Virus record (IMG/VR): IMGVR_UViG_3300021400_000027
Location: 96,001-160,000 of that record
Direction: 5' to 3' (one strand)
Source: a virus
Taxonomy: Duplodnaviria; Caudoviricetes
DNA: 64,000 nt
A program made the translations under genes and the position numbers. The notes below the pieces were generated by a model. The model was not told where the DNA came from and ran no database searches. It saw only the letters and a list, made by a program, of their open reading frames with translations. This document shows positions 11,827-22,739 of this stretch, piece after piece (the stretch's first letter is position 1; every line of letters begins with the position of its first letter).

Positions 11827-12417
11827 ATGGCTAAAACACAATATCTCGATTTAGCAGGCGTACAGGCGTTATGGACTAAGATTTGTGCAAACGATACTGT
11901 AAATAAGAATGCGATTGAAGCAGTTGCTGCTGATGTTGCTGTTCTTAATGCATCTGCAGAAACAGCAGGTTCTGTTGATAACAAAATTGCTACTTAGATT
12001 GCAGAAAAAATTGATTCTGCTAAAATCGCTGAATTACAGGCTCTTGTTGAATCTCTTGGTGAATATCCTGACCAGACAGGACTTGTTAATCAGGTAACAA
12101 CTAATAAGAATGATATTGCTGACCTTAAGACTGCTATCGCAGGTCTATCTGGTGGCGTAACTGCTGAACAGCTTGCTGCTGTTGATACAAAAGCTACAAA
12201 TGCTGCTACAGCTGCTGCTACTGCTCAGTCTGCTGCAGAAGCTGCTGATGCAAAGGCAACAACAGCTAACACAACCGCAAATGCAGTTAAGGCAATTACT
12301 GATGCCCTTGCAGTTGATGGAGTTACAGGTACAACTTTAAAGGAAAAGATTGATGCTGAAATCGAAGCTAACTTCGAAGCAATTGACGTTGATAACCTTA
12401 ACTTAACTTGGAACTAA
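11827..12417 (+). CDS. fibre-type protein (TAG=Gln; absent from ORF track)
   Basis: RBS AAGGAG; MAKTQYLDLAGVQALW N-terminus; one TAG; Ala/Thr-rich coil. Confidence 0.7.
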
Positions 12418-12423
12418 TTTAAC

Positions 12424-12452
12424 GAGGGGCTTTTAAGCCCCTCTTTTTTTTT
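12424..12452 (+). terminator. intrinsic terminator
   Basis: GAGGGGCTT-TT-AAGCCCCTC followed by a T run. Confidence 0.8.
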
Positions 12453-12473
12453 ATTAAATGGAGGTGAGTAGGA

Positions 12474-13730
12474 ATGGCTGTAATTAGTTATAAGTATGAT
12501 GATAAAACTTAGCTTTCGCCGCACTTCAACGTTCAGGAATTCCATTGTAAGTGTGGACAAAATCACGATATTTTAATTGCAGAAGAACTTATCTCTCAAT
12601 TGGAGAAACTTTATTCCACTTTAAACTGCTCTAAAATAATTGTTTCTTCTGGACATCGTTGCGCCGCCTATGATAAAAAGATAGGAAATTCTGGAAAAGG
12701 CTAGCACATTTTAGGTAAAGCCGCAGATGTTTACTGCTATGACAAAAATGGTAAAGCTATTTCTACAAAAATTGTTTCCTGTGTTGCTTAGGATTTAGGC
12801 TTTGGCGGCATAGCAAATATTAATTCAGGATATACATGGATTCATTTGGATGTAAGAACTTCTAATTTTTATATGGGTAATGAGATTATTAACTATAGAA
12901 CTCTTACTAATGATTTTTATAAATACTATGGACTTACAAAGGAGCAGGTTTATGGAACTTAGGCTGTGCCGGCGCAAGGTAAGGAAGAGACAAAAGAGGT
13001 GAATAAAATGGGAACAATTCATGGGGTAGACCTTTCTGTTCATAATGGAACAGTTGATTTCTCTAATTTGAAAAATTCTGGTAAGGCAAATTTTGCAATT
13101 CTACGTGCTGGCTATGGAAAATTAGCTTCACAAAAAGATAAGAAGTTTGAGACCTATTATAATAGTTGTAAGTAGGTAGGTATTCCAGTAGGAACTTATT
13201 GGTATTCCTATGCTACTTCTGTAAGTGAAGCAGAACAAGAAGCAAGAGTTTTCCTTGAAACAATTAAAGGAAAATAGTTTGAATATCCGCTTTATTTTGA
13301 CCTTGAAGAACGCTCTGCTTTTAATACAGGTAAGGCAAATTGCTCTGCTATGGTTCGTGTATTTTGTGGTCTTTTAGAAAAGAATGGATACTATGCCGGC
13401 TTATATATGAGCCGTTCTCCATTCACAACCTATATGGAATCTGATATTAAAGACCGCTACACTTTATGGCTTGCAGAATATGGTTCTAGACTTAACTATT
13501 CTGGAAATGCAGATATGTGGTAGTATAGCTCTACAGGTAGGGCTTCTGGTATTAGTGGAAATGTAGATGTGAATTATTGCTATAAAGATTTTCCAACCAT
13601 AATTAAGTCTGCAGGATTAAATGGATTTGGAGCTAATAAGGTTGAAATTTCTGAAATAACTGGTAAGCCAAAAGAATATGATAGAGACGGGGTAGAATTG
13701 ATTGACGCTCCTGAATATGCGCCTATTTAA
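12474..13730 (+). CDS. endolysin: peptidase M15 plus GH25 muramidase (TAG=Gln)
   Basis: LSPHFNVQEFHCKCG, SGHRC, G(TAG)H..GKAAD; GVDLSVHNG, YPLYFDLE, MW(TAG)YSSTG. Confidence 0.9.
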
Positions 13731-13731
13731 A

Positions 13732-13757
13732 AGAGGGAATTAATTTCCCTCTTTTTT
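13732..13757 (+). terminator. intrinsic terminator
   Basis: AGAGGGAA/TTCCCTCT hairpin plus T run. Confidence 0.75.
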
Positions 13758-13949
13758 ATTTGACATTTAAAATAGAATTTGATAGAATTAAAAGAAAGGG
13801 GTGGAGATAATGATAACATTTATTGTAGTAGCATTTTTACTATTATATTACTTTGGTAAGAATTTCATGAATTTATTTTTTTAATAAATTGAAATTTCTT
13901 TAATTTTATTGTATAATATTTAAAGAAAATTGATAAGGAGGAAGATAAA

Positions 13950-14207
13950 ATGAGAGTAAGAATTTATCTTGATACAAATAGTGCTTGTAATCGCTTTTGC
14001 GAAACTGTAAGAGGCTTTGGTGGAAAGGGTGAACTCGTAAATGAAAGTGGACGCTATCGTGTTTCTGCCGCCAGTCTTATGGGTTGTTTAATGGCATCTG
14101 CTGAATGGGGGGGCGTAATTTACTTTGAAAGTGAAGAAGACCGTTATACCGAACTTGAAGAATGGATTGCTGATACAGCAGATGACAATATTTCTATTCA
14201 CGAATGA
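13950..14207 (+). CDS. HPr-like small protein
   Basis: 85 aa; YRVSAASLMG resembles the HPr Ser46 region (VxAKSIMG); no His15. Confidence 0.55.
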   Translation: MRVRIYLDTNSACNRFCETVRGFGGKGELVNESGRYRVSAASLMGCLMASAEWGGVIYFESEEDRYTELEEWIADTADDNISIHE

Positions 14208-14351
14208 TAATTGTGGGTGTATGTGGGTTAAGTTTACTCTTAATAATTGGGGGTTTCTTAGCCCAAGAAGAAGACAAAGGTACAATACTGGTTCTGCTTG
14301 GTATAGTGGGACTAGCTTTTGCCATTGTAGTAGATGGATTTGAAAGGAGTG

Positions 14352-15125
14352 ATGAACTATATGACTTACATGGGAGGAAAACAACGGTTAGCACCGAATA
14401 TAGTACCGATACTGAATAAATATATAAAAGAAAATGGAATTGAGAATTTTTATGATGTAATGTGTGGCGGCGCAAACATTATTTCGGGGGTTGAATGTAA
14501 TGAACTCTATGCTAATGATTTAAGTCCAACTCTTATTGCACTTCATTAGGCGGCGCAACAAGATTTTTCTTCAATTTGTACCGACAGTTCTCGTGAGCAA
14601 TGGGACAGATGTTATGGGGAGTATAAAAAGTTAAAGTCTGCAAATTTCAAGAAAGAATCTTCAATTCCTCTTGCTGAAATTGGAGCAATTGAATGGTTTG
14701 GAGGATTTTCTGGGCGGGGATTTCCCGGTGGATATGCAGTTTTATCTCAGGGGCGAAACCAGTTTGAAGAGCGTTATAATAACTTAAAAAAGCAATCTCA
14801 ATTACCATCTTACTTAAAAATCCATTTTACTTGTGGGGATTATCGAGATTTAGAGTTTAAACCTAATTCTTTAATCTATTGTGATGGTCCTTATAGGGGA
14901 ACTAAAACTTACGGGATTAGTACAAAATTCGTTTACTCGGATTATTATAAATGGTTAATGAGAACGGCAAAAACTACCCCTATCTTTATAAGTGAACAAG
15001 AACTTCCTCTTGAAATACCAGCTTCAATAATTTGGCAAAAAGGGGTTAAGAGAGACATAGACCCAGCGAAAAATAAAACTGAAAAAATTGAAAAATTATT
15101 TTTCTTAGATTTAAGAGAGGAGTAA
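14352..15125 (+). CDS. Dam-like (D12 class) DNA methyltransferase (TAG=Gln)
   Basis: YMGGK, FYDVMCGGANI, YANDLS, then LIYCDGPY after TAG read-through; TAA at 15123. Confidence 0.8.
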
Positions 15126-15129
15126 GACA

Positions 15130-15831
15130 ATGGACAGATTATTTATTACCGGAGACACTCACGGCACAATTGACATTGAAAAACTGACATATAGGAAATT
15201 CCCTATTCAGAGTGAACTTTATCGTTCTGATGTAATGGTAATACTTGGAGATTCTGCTTTGTGTTGGGATGGTGATGGAACAGATAGATGGTTACAAAAT
15301 TGGTATAAAGAGAAGAAATTTTCAACCCTGTCTGTTCGTGGCAATCATGATAATCCTGACTTAATTGCAAAACTTCCTCTTGAACCTCGTTATGGCGGTA
15401 TGGTCTATTCCATATCTCCCAATGTATGTTACGCCGCCACTGGTGAAATTTATACATTAAGTGGCTTTAAGTGTCTTTGTGTAAATGGGGCAGACTCTCA
15501 CGATATTGCCTTTAGAAAAGAAGGCGAAAGTTGGTGGCGCGGCGAGACAATTACTAAGGAACAATATGAAAAATGTATGAAGAATCTGGAAAAGCATAAT
15601 TTTAAAGTTGACTTTGTTTTTTCTCATACTGGTGGACTTCAAGTCAATGCATTTCTGGGCTTCAATGAGACTCAATCTGATAAATATCTGGATAAAATTT
15701 TAGAACAGCTTACCTATACCTATCACTATTGTGGACATTATCACGTAGACAAATGGGTAAACTCTAAAACCAGAATCCTTTATAATGACATAATTGAATT
15801 AACTAATTGGGAAAATCAATGGAAATTTTGA
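15130..15831 (+). CDS. calcineurin-like metallophosphoesterase
   Basis: GDTHG, LGD, GNHD, SHT, GHYH motifs. Confidence 0.9.
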   Translation: MDRLFITGDTHGTIDIEKLTYRKFPIQSELYRSDVMVILGDSALCWDGDGTDRWLQNWYKEKKFSTLSVRGNHDNPDLIAKLPLEPRYGGMVYSISPNVCYAATGEIYTLSGFKCLCVNGADSHDIAFRKEGESWWRGETITKEQYEKCMKNLEKHNFKVDFVFSHTGGLQVNAFLGFNETQSDKYLDKILEQLTYTYHYCGHYHVDKWVNSKTRILYNDIIELTNWENQWKF

Positions 15832-15882
15832 TTTTCCTTTAATTTTTACTATAATTTTAATAGAAATAAAGGAGTGATTCAA

Positions 15883-16326
15883 ATGGCAGACATTATCTTC
15901 TTTTCAAGTAAAGCTGAAAATTATCAAATGTTTTCCAATTTCTACCCTTGTAAGGTTAAATATAGAGATGAAATTTTTGATTCTTCCGAGGCGGCGTTTC
16001 AAGCCTCAAAATGTTGGGAAAGAGTAGAAGATTTTATTGGAATTTCAGCTTCAGAAAGTAAACAATTGGGAAAACGAGTTAAGTTAAGACCAGATTGGGA
16101 AGAGGTTAAAGACGAGATTATGTATGAGGTTTGTTTGGCAAAATTTTGCCAAAATCCAGACCTTCGTAAAATTCTTCTTTCAACTGGTGAAGCTATACTT
16201 GTCGAAAAGACTAATTGGCATGACCGATATTGGGGTATTTGTACTTGTGGACGCTGTAAAAGTGCTGGACGGAATCAACTTGGAAAAACATTAATGAGAG
16301 TAAGAGAAACTTTAAGGAGGAACTGA
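15883..16326 (+). CDS. NADAR (YbiA-like) protein
   Basis: FSNFY, SSEAAFQA.K, AKF.QN..L...L..TG, D.YWG, GRNQLGKTLMRVR. Confidence 0.9.
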   Translation: MADIIFFSSKAENYQMFSNFYPCKVKYRDEIFDSSEAAFQASKCWERVEDFIGISASESKQLGKRVKLRPDWEEVKDEIMYEVCLAKFCQNPDLRKILLSTGEAILVEKTNWHDRYWGICTCGRCKSAGRNQLGKTLMRVRETLRRN

Positions 16327-17292
16327 ATGGTAATTAAATTGTATGGCTACGATAAGGAGAATAAAGAAGTTTATGTTGGCTCATTTACAAGTCAAAACGC
16401 AGCTCAGATAGCAGTTAAAAATCTCAAACTTAAATCCTATTTTTTCTATCGAGAGAAAAATTTTTTTCAGGGAGAGAAAAAATTGTTTAATCCACACGTA
16501 TGCTTGTAAAATTTTAGATGTAATGGCAATTGATTCTACCTTAATATGAGGTGGCATAGTCTACCTAATTATATTAATGGAGGGATTTAAATGCCAAATA
16601 ACACAGAAATTACAATTGTTGCTGGACACATTAAGGCTGTTCCAGAAGAAAGACCGGGGAAGACAGACAAAGTTTATACCGTACTTCGTAAACAGGAAAT
16701 GTATGGTTCTGGAGATATTAAAGCTAATCAAACCATGCTTGAAGAATTAAAGGCTGCGGCAGAAAAAGAAGATTCAGGTCTTTCTGGCTAAAAAGTCAAG
16801 GTTAAAACCCTTGACTTTTTCTTTAAAGAGGTGAGATTAAGTGAGAAATAGAAATAGAGATATGTTGACACAAATAAGTACAATTGATTTACTTTATAAG
16901 ATTTAGAATAATGTTGAGGGGTGTGTACTAAAAGGATTATGTAATCGAGATTTTGACATTTCTAAGTGTAAAAAGGAAGAGTGTTTTCAATGTTTGTGCG
17001 AATGGTTAAATAAAGAAAGAAATGAACCTCCTAAATAATTGAAAAATTTATATATTCATAGTATAATATTTATAGAAATTGAAAAGGAGTGATGTAAGTG
17101 AGTATAAATGCAATTTGCGTTGGTTGGACATTGTTAATAGTAGCAATTATACTTATTATTAAGTGTTGTTGTTTTTGTTACTCTTCCAATTGGGGCGATA
17201 GTGAACAGGCATGTGCAATGTTTGGGATTATCATTCTTATAGTTGCTCTTTGTTGTATGTTTCTATAATTTATTAAAAGGAGAAGATTATCT

Positions 17293-18153
17293 ATGAATGT
17301 AAAGAAAATTGTTATTGGTTCAGTTACAGGTGCGGTTGCAGTTATTACACTTCTTGCATCTATGACGATTGTGCCGGCTGGGTATTCTGGTGTTGTTGTA
17401 ACAATGGGGAGCGTAAGTAATATTGCGTTGACAGAGGGCTTCCATTTTAAAAAGCCGTATATACAATCAGTATACGACATATCAAATAAGATTCAGGTCT
17501 ATGAAACTCCAGCAGATTCAGTCTCTAAAGACCTTCAAGCAGTTAGCTCTACAATTGCAGTAAACTATCGACTTGCTTCAGCTCAGTCTGCTTATATCTA
17601 TCAGAATGTGGGTATGGATTATCAGACTGTACTTATTGCACCTACAGTTCAGGAATGTATGAAGGCGGCAACCGCAAAATATACAGCAGAGCAGTTAATT
17701 ACTGAACGTGCAGCAGTAGGAGATGCGGTTAAAGAAGGTCTTGACCAGAAGTTAAATCCTTATGGTATTTATATTGAGAAATTTAATATTGTAAATTTTG
17801 ACTTCTCTCATGAGTTTAATGCCGCAATTGAAGCAAAACAGGTTGCAGAGCAGAATTTACTCAAAACTAAAACAGAACAGCAAGAACAGATTACAATTGC
17901 AGAAGCAGAGGCTAAGAAAAAGGTTATTGCTGCCGATGCAGAAGCAGAAGCTACAAGAACTAAGGCTCAGGCGGATGCAGATGCAATTCAAATTAAAGCT
18001 GATGCTCAGGCAGATGCTAACCAGAAAATTGCACAGTCTTTAACTCCAGAAGTTCTTCGGGATAAGGCTATTTCTCAGTGGGATGGTGTCGCACCTAAGA
18101 TTACTGGTAGCTCTGATGATTTTCTGTTCGATATTGGTGAATTAACTGAATAA
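17293..18153 (+). CDS. SPFH / prohibitin (band 7) protein
   Basis: TM helix, VPAGYSGVV, EGFHFK.P, SKDLQ, FNAAIEAKQVAEQ coil. Confidence 0.9.
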   Translation: MNVKKIVIGSVTGAVAVITLLASMTIVPAGYSGVVVTMGSVSNIALTEGFHFKKPYIQSVYDISNKIQVYETPADSVSKDLQAVSSTIAVNYRLASAQSAYIYQNVGMDYQTVLIAPTVQECMKAATAKYTAEQLITERAAVGDAVKEGLDQKLNPYGIYIEKFNIVNFDFSHEFNAAIEAKQVAEQNLLKTKTEQQEQITIAEAEAKKKVIAADAEAEATRTKAQADADAIQIKADAQADANQKIAQSLTPEVLRDKAISQWDGVAPKITGSSDDFLFDIGELTE

Positions 18154-18269
18154 GATAAAAGTGCCGTCATACCAATTTGTGTATGGCGGCACAACGCTTT
18201 TAAAAATTTGAATAAAAAAATTTTTTTTGATATAATATATATAGAAATTCTGAAAGAGAGGAAAAAGTT

Positions 18270-19166
18270 ATGACTACTTTTTATATGACTATTGGTCTCC
18301 CCGGGAGCGGAAAAGATTACTTAATTGAACATAATTATTCCGATTGTGTTCATATTTCTTCTGATGCTATTCGTGAAGAAGTATTTGGAGATGTGAATGA
18401 CCAGACTCATAATGTTCAAGTTTTTAACATTATGAAAAAGAGAACTATTGAAGCTTTAAAAGAGGGGAAAGATTGTATTTATAATGCAACTAATCTTTCC
18501 GCCAAAAAGAGAATTGCTTTCCTTAAAGAATTGGAAAGATTTCCTGATGTAAGAAAAGTTGCAGTTCTTAATGTTGTTCCGCCGGCAGTCGTTCTTCAGC
18601 GTAATGCTTCAAGAGAGCGTCATGTTCCTGAAAATGTTATCATAAGAATGTTAAAATCTTTTGAAGTACCTCATTATTCTGAAGGTTGGGATTTCATTCA
18701 AGTCTATGGATTTGATGGAAACTCTTCTTTTCTTGAAGATGAACTTCGGAAATTAGTAGGCGTATCTCATGATAATCCTCATCATGAATATTCTGTAGGT
18801 AATCATATGCTTGCCGCAGAATCGCATTATTTAGCAAAAACTACTGCACCTCGGCTTGATTTAATTCTTGCTTGTCGTTATCATGATATTGGAAAAGGTT
18901 TCTGCAAAACTTTTACTAACACAAAGGGCGAATCAACAAAAGACGCTCATTACTACAATCATGAAAATGTAGGGGCATATCTGTTTTTAGCTCATTCTCC
19001 AGTTGACAAAGGCAGACTTATGTATCTGAATATTGCTAACTTAATTAATCATCATATGGATTACTTTAAAGGGGAGAAATATTTAGAAAAAATTGCTACT
19101 CGTTTCGGCTCTGATTTCATGGATGAATTAGCCATAATTCATAATGCGGATATAAATGCTCATTAA
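18270..19166 (+). CDS. polynucleotide kinase (P-loop) fused to HD phosphohydrolase
   Basis: GLPGSGK, ISSDAIR, NATNL...R, RN..R; HH..V..H, HDIGK, HENVGA, HM, AD..AH. Confidence 0.85.
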   Translation: MTTFYMTIGLPGSGKDYLIEHNYSDCVHISSDAIREEVFGDVNDQTHNVQVFNIMKKRTIEALKEGKDCIYNATNLSAKKRIAFLKELERFPDVRKVAVLNVVPPAVVLQRNASRERHVPENVIIRMLKSFEVPHYSEGWDFIQVYGFDGNSSFLEDELRKLVGVSHDNPHHEYSVGNHMLAAESHYLAKTTAPRLDLILACRYHDIGKGFCKTFTNTKGESTKDAHYYNHENVGAYLFLAHSPVDKGRLMYLNIANLINHHMDYFKGEKYLEKIATRFGSDFMDELAIIHNADINAH

Positions 19167-19262
19167 CTAAAAAATTAGAGGAATTAAATTAAAACTGTAC
19201 TTTCCATGTAGAGAGGATACCGTTGCGGTATCCTTTAATTTTTATATAAAGGAGGTTTTGTA

Positions 19263-19934
19263 ATGCCAAATGCAGATTTAGTTTACAATGCTGATTTAAG
19301 CACTGAGCCTGTTGTAGTAGAAAACGGTTGTAACTGTAATTGTGGATGTCATGGTATCTACTGGATGCCGCCACCTCCACCACCAGATTACCCTGACACA
19401 CCACCTACTCCACCGGAAGGAATTAAACCACCGCCACCGCCACCCTTCCCATTCCCTTGGGGCTGGCCTTATCCTTTTTATCCACCTTTCTTCCCACCGC
19501 CACCACCACCACCTAAGCCAGATGATGGAGGCGGAGATAATCCTGATAATCCGGGTCCGCCTAAGCCAGACGACCCAGACAATCCTAAGCCACCAAGCCA
19601 AGACGAAATTCAGGAGATTGAAAAGCAGATTTAGGCTCTTACTAAGAAACTCGCTACTATTAAGTGTATGATTAAGTGCATCAGCGAAAAGAAAAAGGAC
19701 GTAATTATTAAAACAGATTGTTGCAGTTATAACTTCGGTAATATTGATACTGCCGTTGATGGCTGGGATGACGTATCTTATGCACAGACAGTTCTTCGTA
19801 TCCTGTATAAGGAAAAATCTTTAATTAGTGAAAAAATTAGAGAACTTGCTGAAAAGATTAGCGAAGATGTAAGTGTTGACGGCACAACTGTATGTGCTTG
19901 TGATAATGAAACTTGCGATTGTAATGATGATTAA
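19263..19934 (+). CDS. Pro/Cys-rich protein (two track ORFs joined by TAG=Gln)
   Basis: 19263..19634 and 19668..19934 are in frame across TAG 19632. Confidence 0.7.
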
Positions 19935-20025
19935 TTTAAAATAAAGTCAAAGCAAAAAATGCTTTGACTTTTCTTTTTATTTTTAGTATAATTTTATTAA
20001 AGAAAATTTAAAGGAGGAAAATAAA

Positions 20026-20694
20026 ATGTACAATGTTCAGAAGAACCTTACCTATTTTGTAGTAAATAGAAGTTCTGGAAGAACAACTGAAATGACCAGA
20101 GATGAACTGGTTGTATGGGTAGCTCATTTGCTTAAAAATACCCGTGCCGGCGTGGATAATCCGTTTAGGGATATTGACTTTAGCGGAAATGACAAAGTTC
20201 TGGTAACTAAGACGACTCAAACTTGGAGATACAGACCTCGCTTTGTTGATGGTGAGGTTAAACTTGTAGAATGTTGGGGTCTGGATACCGTTTCTTCTTA
20301 TGAATCTCGCTCTACTATTGTTCTTGATTCTACTGGTAGAATTGTTGATGTAAGAGATTTTGTTGATGAAGCTAAAAAAGTTAATGTTTTTTCTTGTAAA
20401 AAGGAAAAAAGAAGAACTTTTAAAGCTGGTGCTCTTCTTTTAGTTTATCACTGGCTTGGCAGTAAGAAAGAAACCTTTAAATTTAGACAGAGTGCAGTTC
20501 CTTTTGTTCATAAGCATGGTGGGAACTATACTCCCAAAACTCATAGACTCCAGAATTATAAGAATGCTGAAAATCTGAGACCTAAGAATAGAGTTAGTAT
20601 GGATGACATGTGGGATTTTCCTTATCGTCATACTGATAGAAGTTGGAAGTCCAGTTGTAAGAAAAGACATCAGTGGGAAAAGCACTTAAAGTGA
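20026..20694 (+). CDS. hypothetical phage protein
   Basis: Promoter plus RBS; basic RSWK...QW C-terminus. Confidence 0.65.
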   Translation: MYNVQKNLTYFVVNRSSGRTTEMTRDELVVWVAHLLKNTRAGVDNPFRDIDFSGNDKVLVTKTTQTWRYRPRFVDGEVKLVECWGLDTVSSYESRSTIVLDSTGRIVDVRDFVDEAKKVNVFSCKKEKRRTFKAGALLLVYHWLGSKKETFKFRQSAVPFVHKHGGNYTPKTHRLQNYKNAENLRPKNRVSMDDMWDFPYRHTDRSWKSSCKKRHQWEKHLK

Positions 20695-20810
20695 GACGTT
20701 TCGCCGCCATGCCATTGTCCGGCGTGGTGGTATTTTTGTATCTAAGGGGATTTTTATACATTTATATATTATCTATTTATATATTTCTCTATTAAATTTA
20801 TTCCTATCAA

Positions 20811-20915
20811 ACGGTAAAATCATTCCAAAGTGCGGAATAAATTTAGTAGATAGAACGGTAAATTTATTCCACGGAAATTCTATTCCACTCGGTAAATTTA
20901 TTCCGCCAAACGGAA
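20811..20915. repeat. short direct/inverted repeats CGGTAAA(T/A)T(T/C)ATTCC beside an AT-rich tract
   Basis: Copies near 20812, 20856 and 20890, plus an inverted GGAATAAATTT at 20834. Confidence 0.6.
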
Positions 20916-21053
20916 AGAGAATACCAGATTTTTAGAAAAATTTTTCCATGTTATTACCTATTAATGCGTCCCGGCGCAACACAATAAAAAATTTGATTTT
21001 TATAGAATTTTATACTATAATAAATATAGAAAATTTGAAAAGGAGTTGAGTAT

Positions 21054-21815
21054 ATGCCACCTATGCATTTTAAAGACGATAGCTGGAATTTTTGGGTTAT
21101 GTATAGACGACTTGAAAATCAGTTTAAAGAGCATAAGACTTTAATAATTGCTTATGACCTTGATGACACTGTTCGTCCTTATCGCTCCTCAACTTGTGAG
21201 GAAACTATTAAGGTAATTAAGCGTTGTAATGAATTACTTCACCCTATTTTCATTGTCTATACTGCAAATCCAGACCTTAAACAGGCGAAGGTAGACCTTG
21301 AAAAATTAGGCTTGCCATATCATGCAATTAACGATTATCCGCAGGGTACAATGCCCTATCAGTTTTGGAAAGCAAAACAGGATAATCCTACAATGAAACT
21401 TTATTATAACGTACTACTTGATGATAAAAGTTTTGGCTTACGAGATAGTTGTCGTGCCCTCGGTATTCTTTGTAATAAAGTTGAAAGTGCTTTCGGTACT
21501 GGAGGGGAGTTTGATACTGCCTATCTTTATCATGACAAGAAACCTTCTGAAGATTTTGTATTCTATCATATTTATGACGGCGTACCGGCAGATACAACTT
21601 ATATAGACTTAAATCAAGATTGTGGTTCTCCAATTGAGTTCGGTGAATCTATTCATGATGAAGAAGATTTAAAAGAATTTATTTATGAATGGCTTGAAGA
21701 GAATGACATTGATAAAGATAAAGTCTATACTTTTGTTGTTCAAATTGCTGTACCAGATGGGTATGGAGATTATGATTACTACGATTTGTCTACAACTGGA
21801 CGGTTTAAAAATTGA
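21054..21815 (+). CDS. HAD-superfamily phosphatase-like domain plus acidic C-terminal domain
   Basis: AYDLDDT, VYTA, LLDDK motifs. Confidence 0.65.
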   Translation: MPPMHFKDDSWNFWVMYRRLENQFKEHKTLIIAYDLDDTVRPYRSSTCEETIKVIKRCNELLHPIFIVYTANPDLKQAKVDLEKLGLPYHAINDYPQGTMPYQFWKAKQDNPTMKLYYNVLLDDKSFGLRDSCRALGILCNKVESAFGTGGEFDTAYLYHDKKPSEDFVFYHIYDGVPADTTYIDLNQDCGSPIEFGESIHDEEDLKEFIYEWLEENDIDKDKVYTFVVQIAVPDGYGDYDYYDLSTTGRFKN

Positions 21816-21872
21816 CTTTTAATAAAATTTAAAGTATAATTTTTATAAAGAAAAGTTAAGGAGATGAATTGA

Positions 21873-22289
21873 ATGAGTGTACCTAAGATTACTTTAAAAC
21901 AGGCTGAAAAGGCTGTTAAGAAGAATCACTTTAAAATCTCTGAATCTGGCTATTCTAAAAAGTATGTTAAAAAAGCAGATAAATTTGAACGTAAGCACGG
22001 TTTTCGTTATGAAGATGCATGGAATCTTGACCATGCTATTGCTTGCTTTATTCTGCCTCGACTTGTTCAACTTCGGGACACCCAACATGGATACCCTGCT
22101 TATTTTGAGCATAATTACCCTACAGAAGAGGAAGCCGTTGCCGCATGGGATGATGTTCTTAATGAAATGATTTATGGCTTCTACATTTATGTTACTAAAG
22201 ATGGAATTTTTTGGGAAGATGAGGATAAGATTGCTTGGAATAGAGCTAAAAGTTGGCTGTGCCGTTACTTTTCTTCCTTATGGGATTGA
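21873..22289 (+). CDS. hypothetical phage protein
   Basis: Promoter plus RBS; WNLD...P.L...HGYP...LWD. Confidence 0.65.
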   Translation: MSVPKITLKQAEKAVKKNHFKISESGYSKKYVKKADKFERKHGFRYEDAWNLDHAIACFILPRLVQLRDTQHGYPAYFEHNYPTEEEAVAAWDDVLNEMIYGFYIYVTKDGIFWEDEDKIAWNRAKSWLCRYFSSLWD

Positions 22290-22298
22290 GGTGAGATT

Positions 22299-22550
22299 AT
22301 GAGATTAAAAATAACGAAGGTCGAAAAAGTTGTAGACGAGGGTGGAAAAGAACACTTAATAGTACTCGATTCCAACTGGTTTACGATTAGTAACAAAGAT
22401 TTACGAGAATCTTTAGCTAATCCATCTACTCGTGTCGAATTTTGTAGTGCCGCACCCACACGTTTTCAGCTTAATACTCTCTATGTTCGTGCTGATAGAA
22501 AGGCGGCATGGGCATATGTGTTGAAAGAGGAGGAGAATAGTGATGGATGA
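22299..22550 (+). CDS. hypothetical protein
   Basis: ORF with RBS GAGGTG. Confidence 0.55.
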   Translation: MRLKITKVEKVVDEGGKEHLIVLDSNWFTISNKDLRESLANPSTRVEFCSAAPTRFQLNTLYVRADRKAAWAYVLKEEENSDG

Positions 22551-22739
22551 AAAGGAATATGAGAACATTTGTTAGAATTGCGGTACTGCTTTTCTGACAG
22601 ATGACGAAGACGAAGCCTATTGCCCCTCATGCTGGTCTAAGGTAATAAACCTTGAAAATGAGGGAAGCGGCGAAACAATTGAAAATTTGAATTAAAATAA
22701 AATTTATGATATAATTTTTATACAATCTGAAAAGGAGAG

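Noticed and set aside
1934-13730. Pseudogenes or sequencing errors explaining the broken ORFs
   Set aside because: Every interruption is TAG, frames are preserved, and TAG falls at conserved Gln sites.
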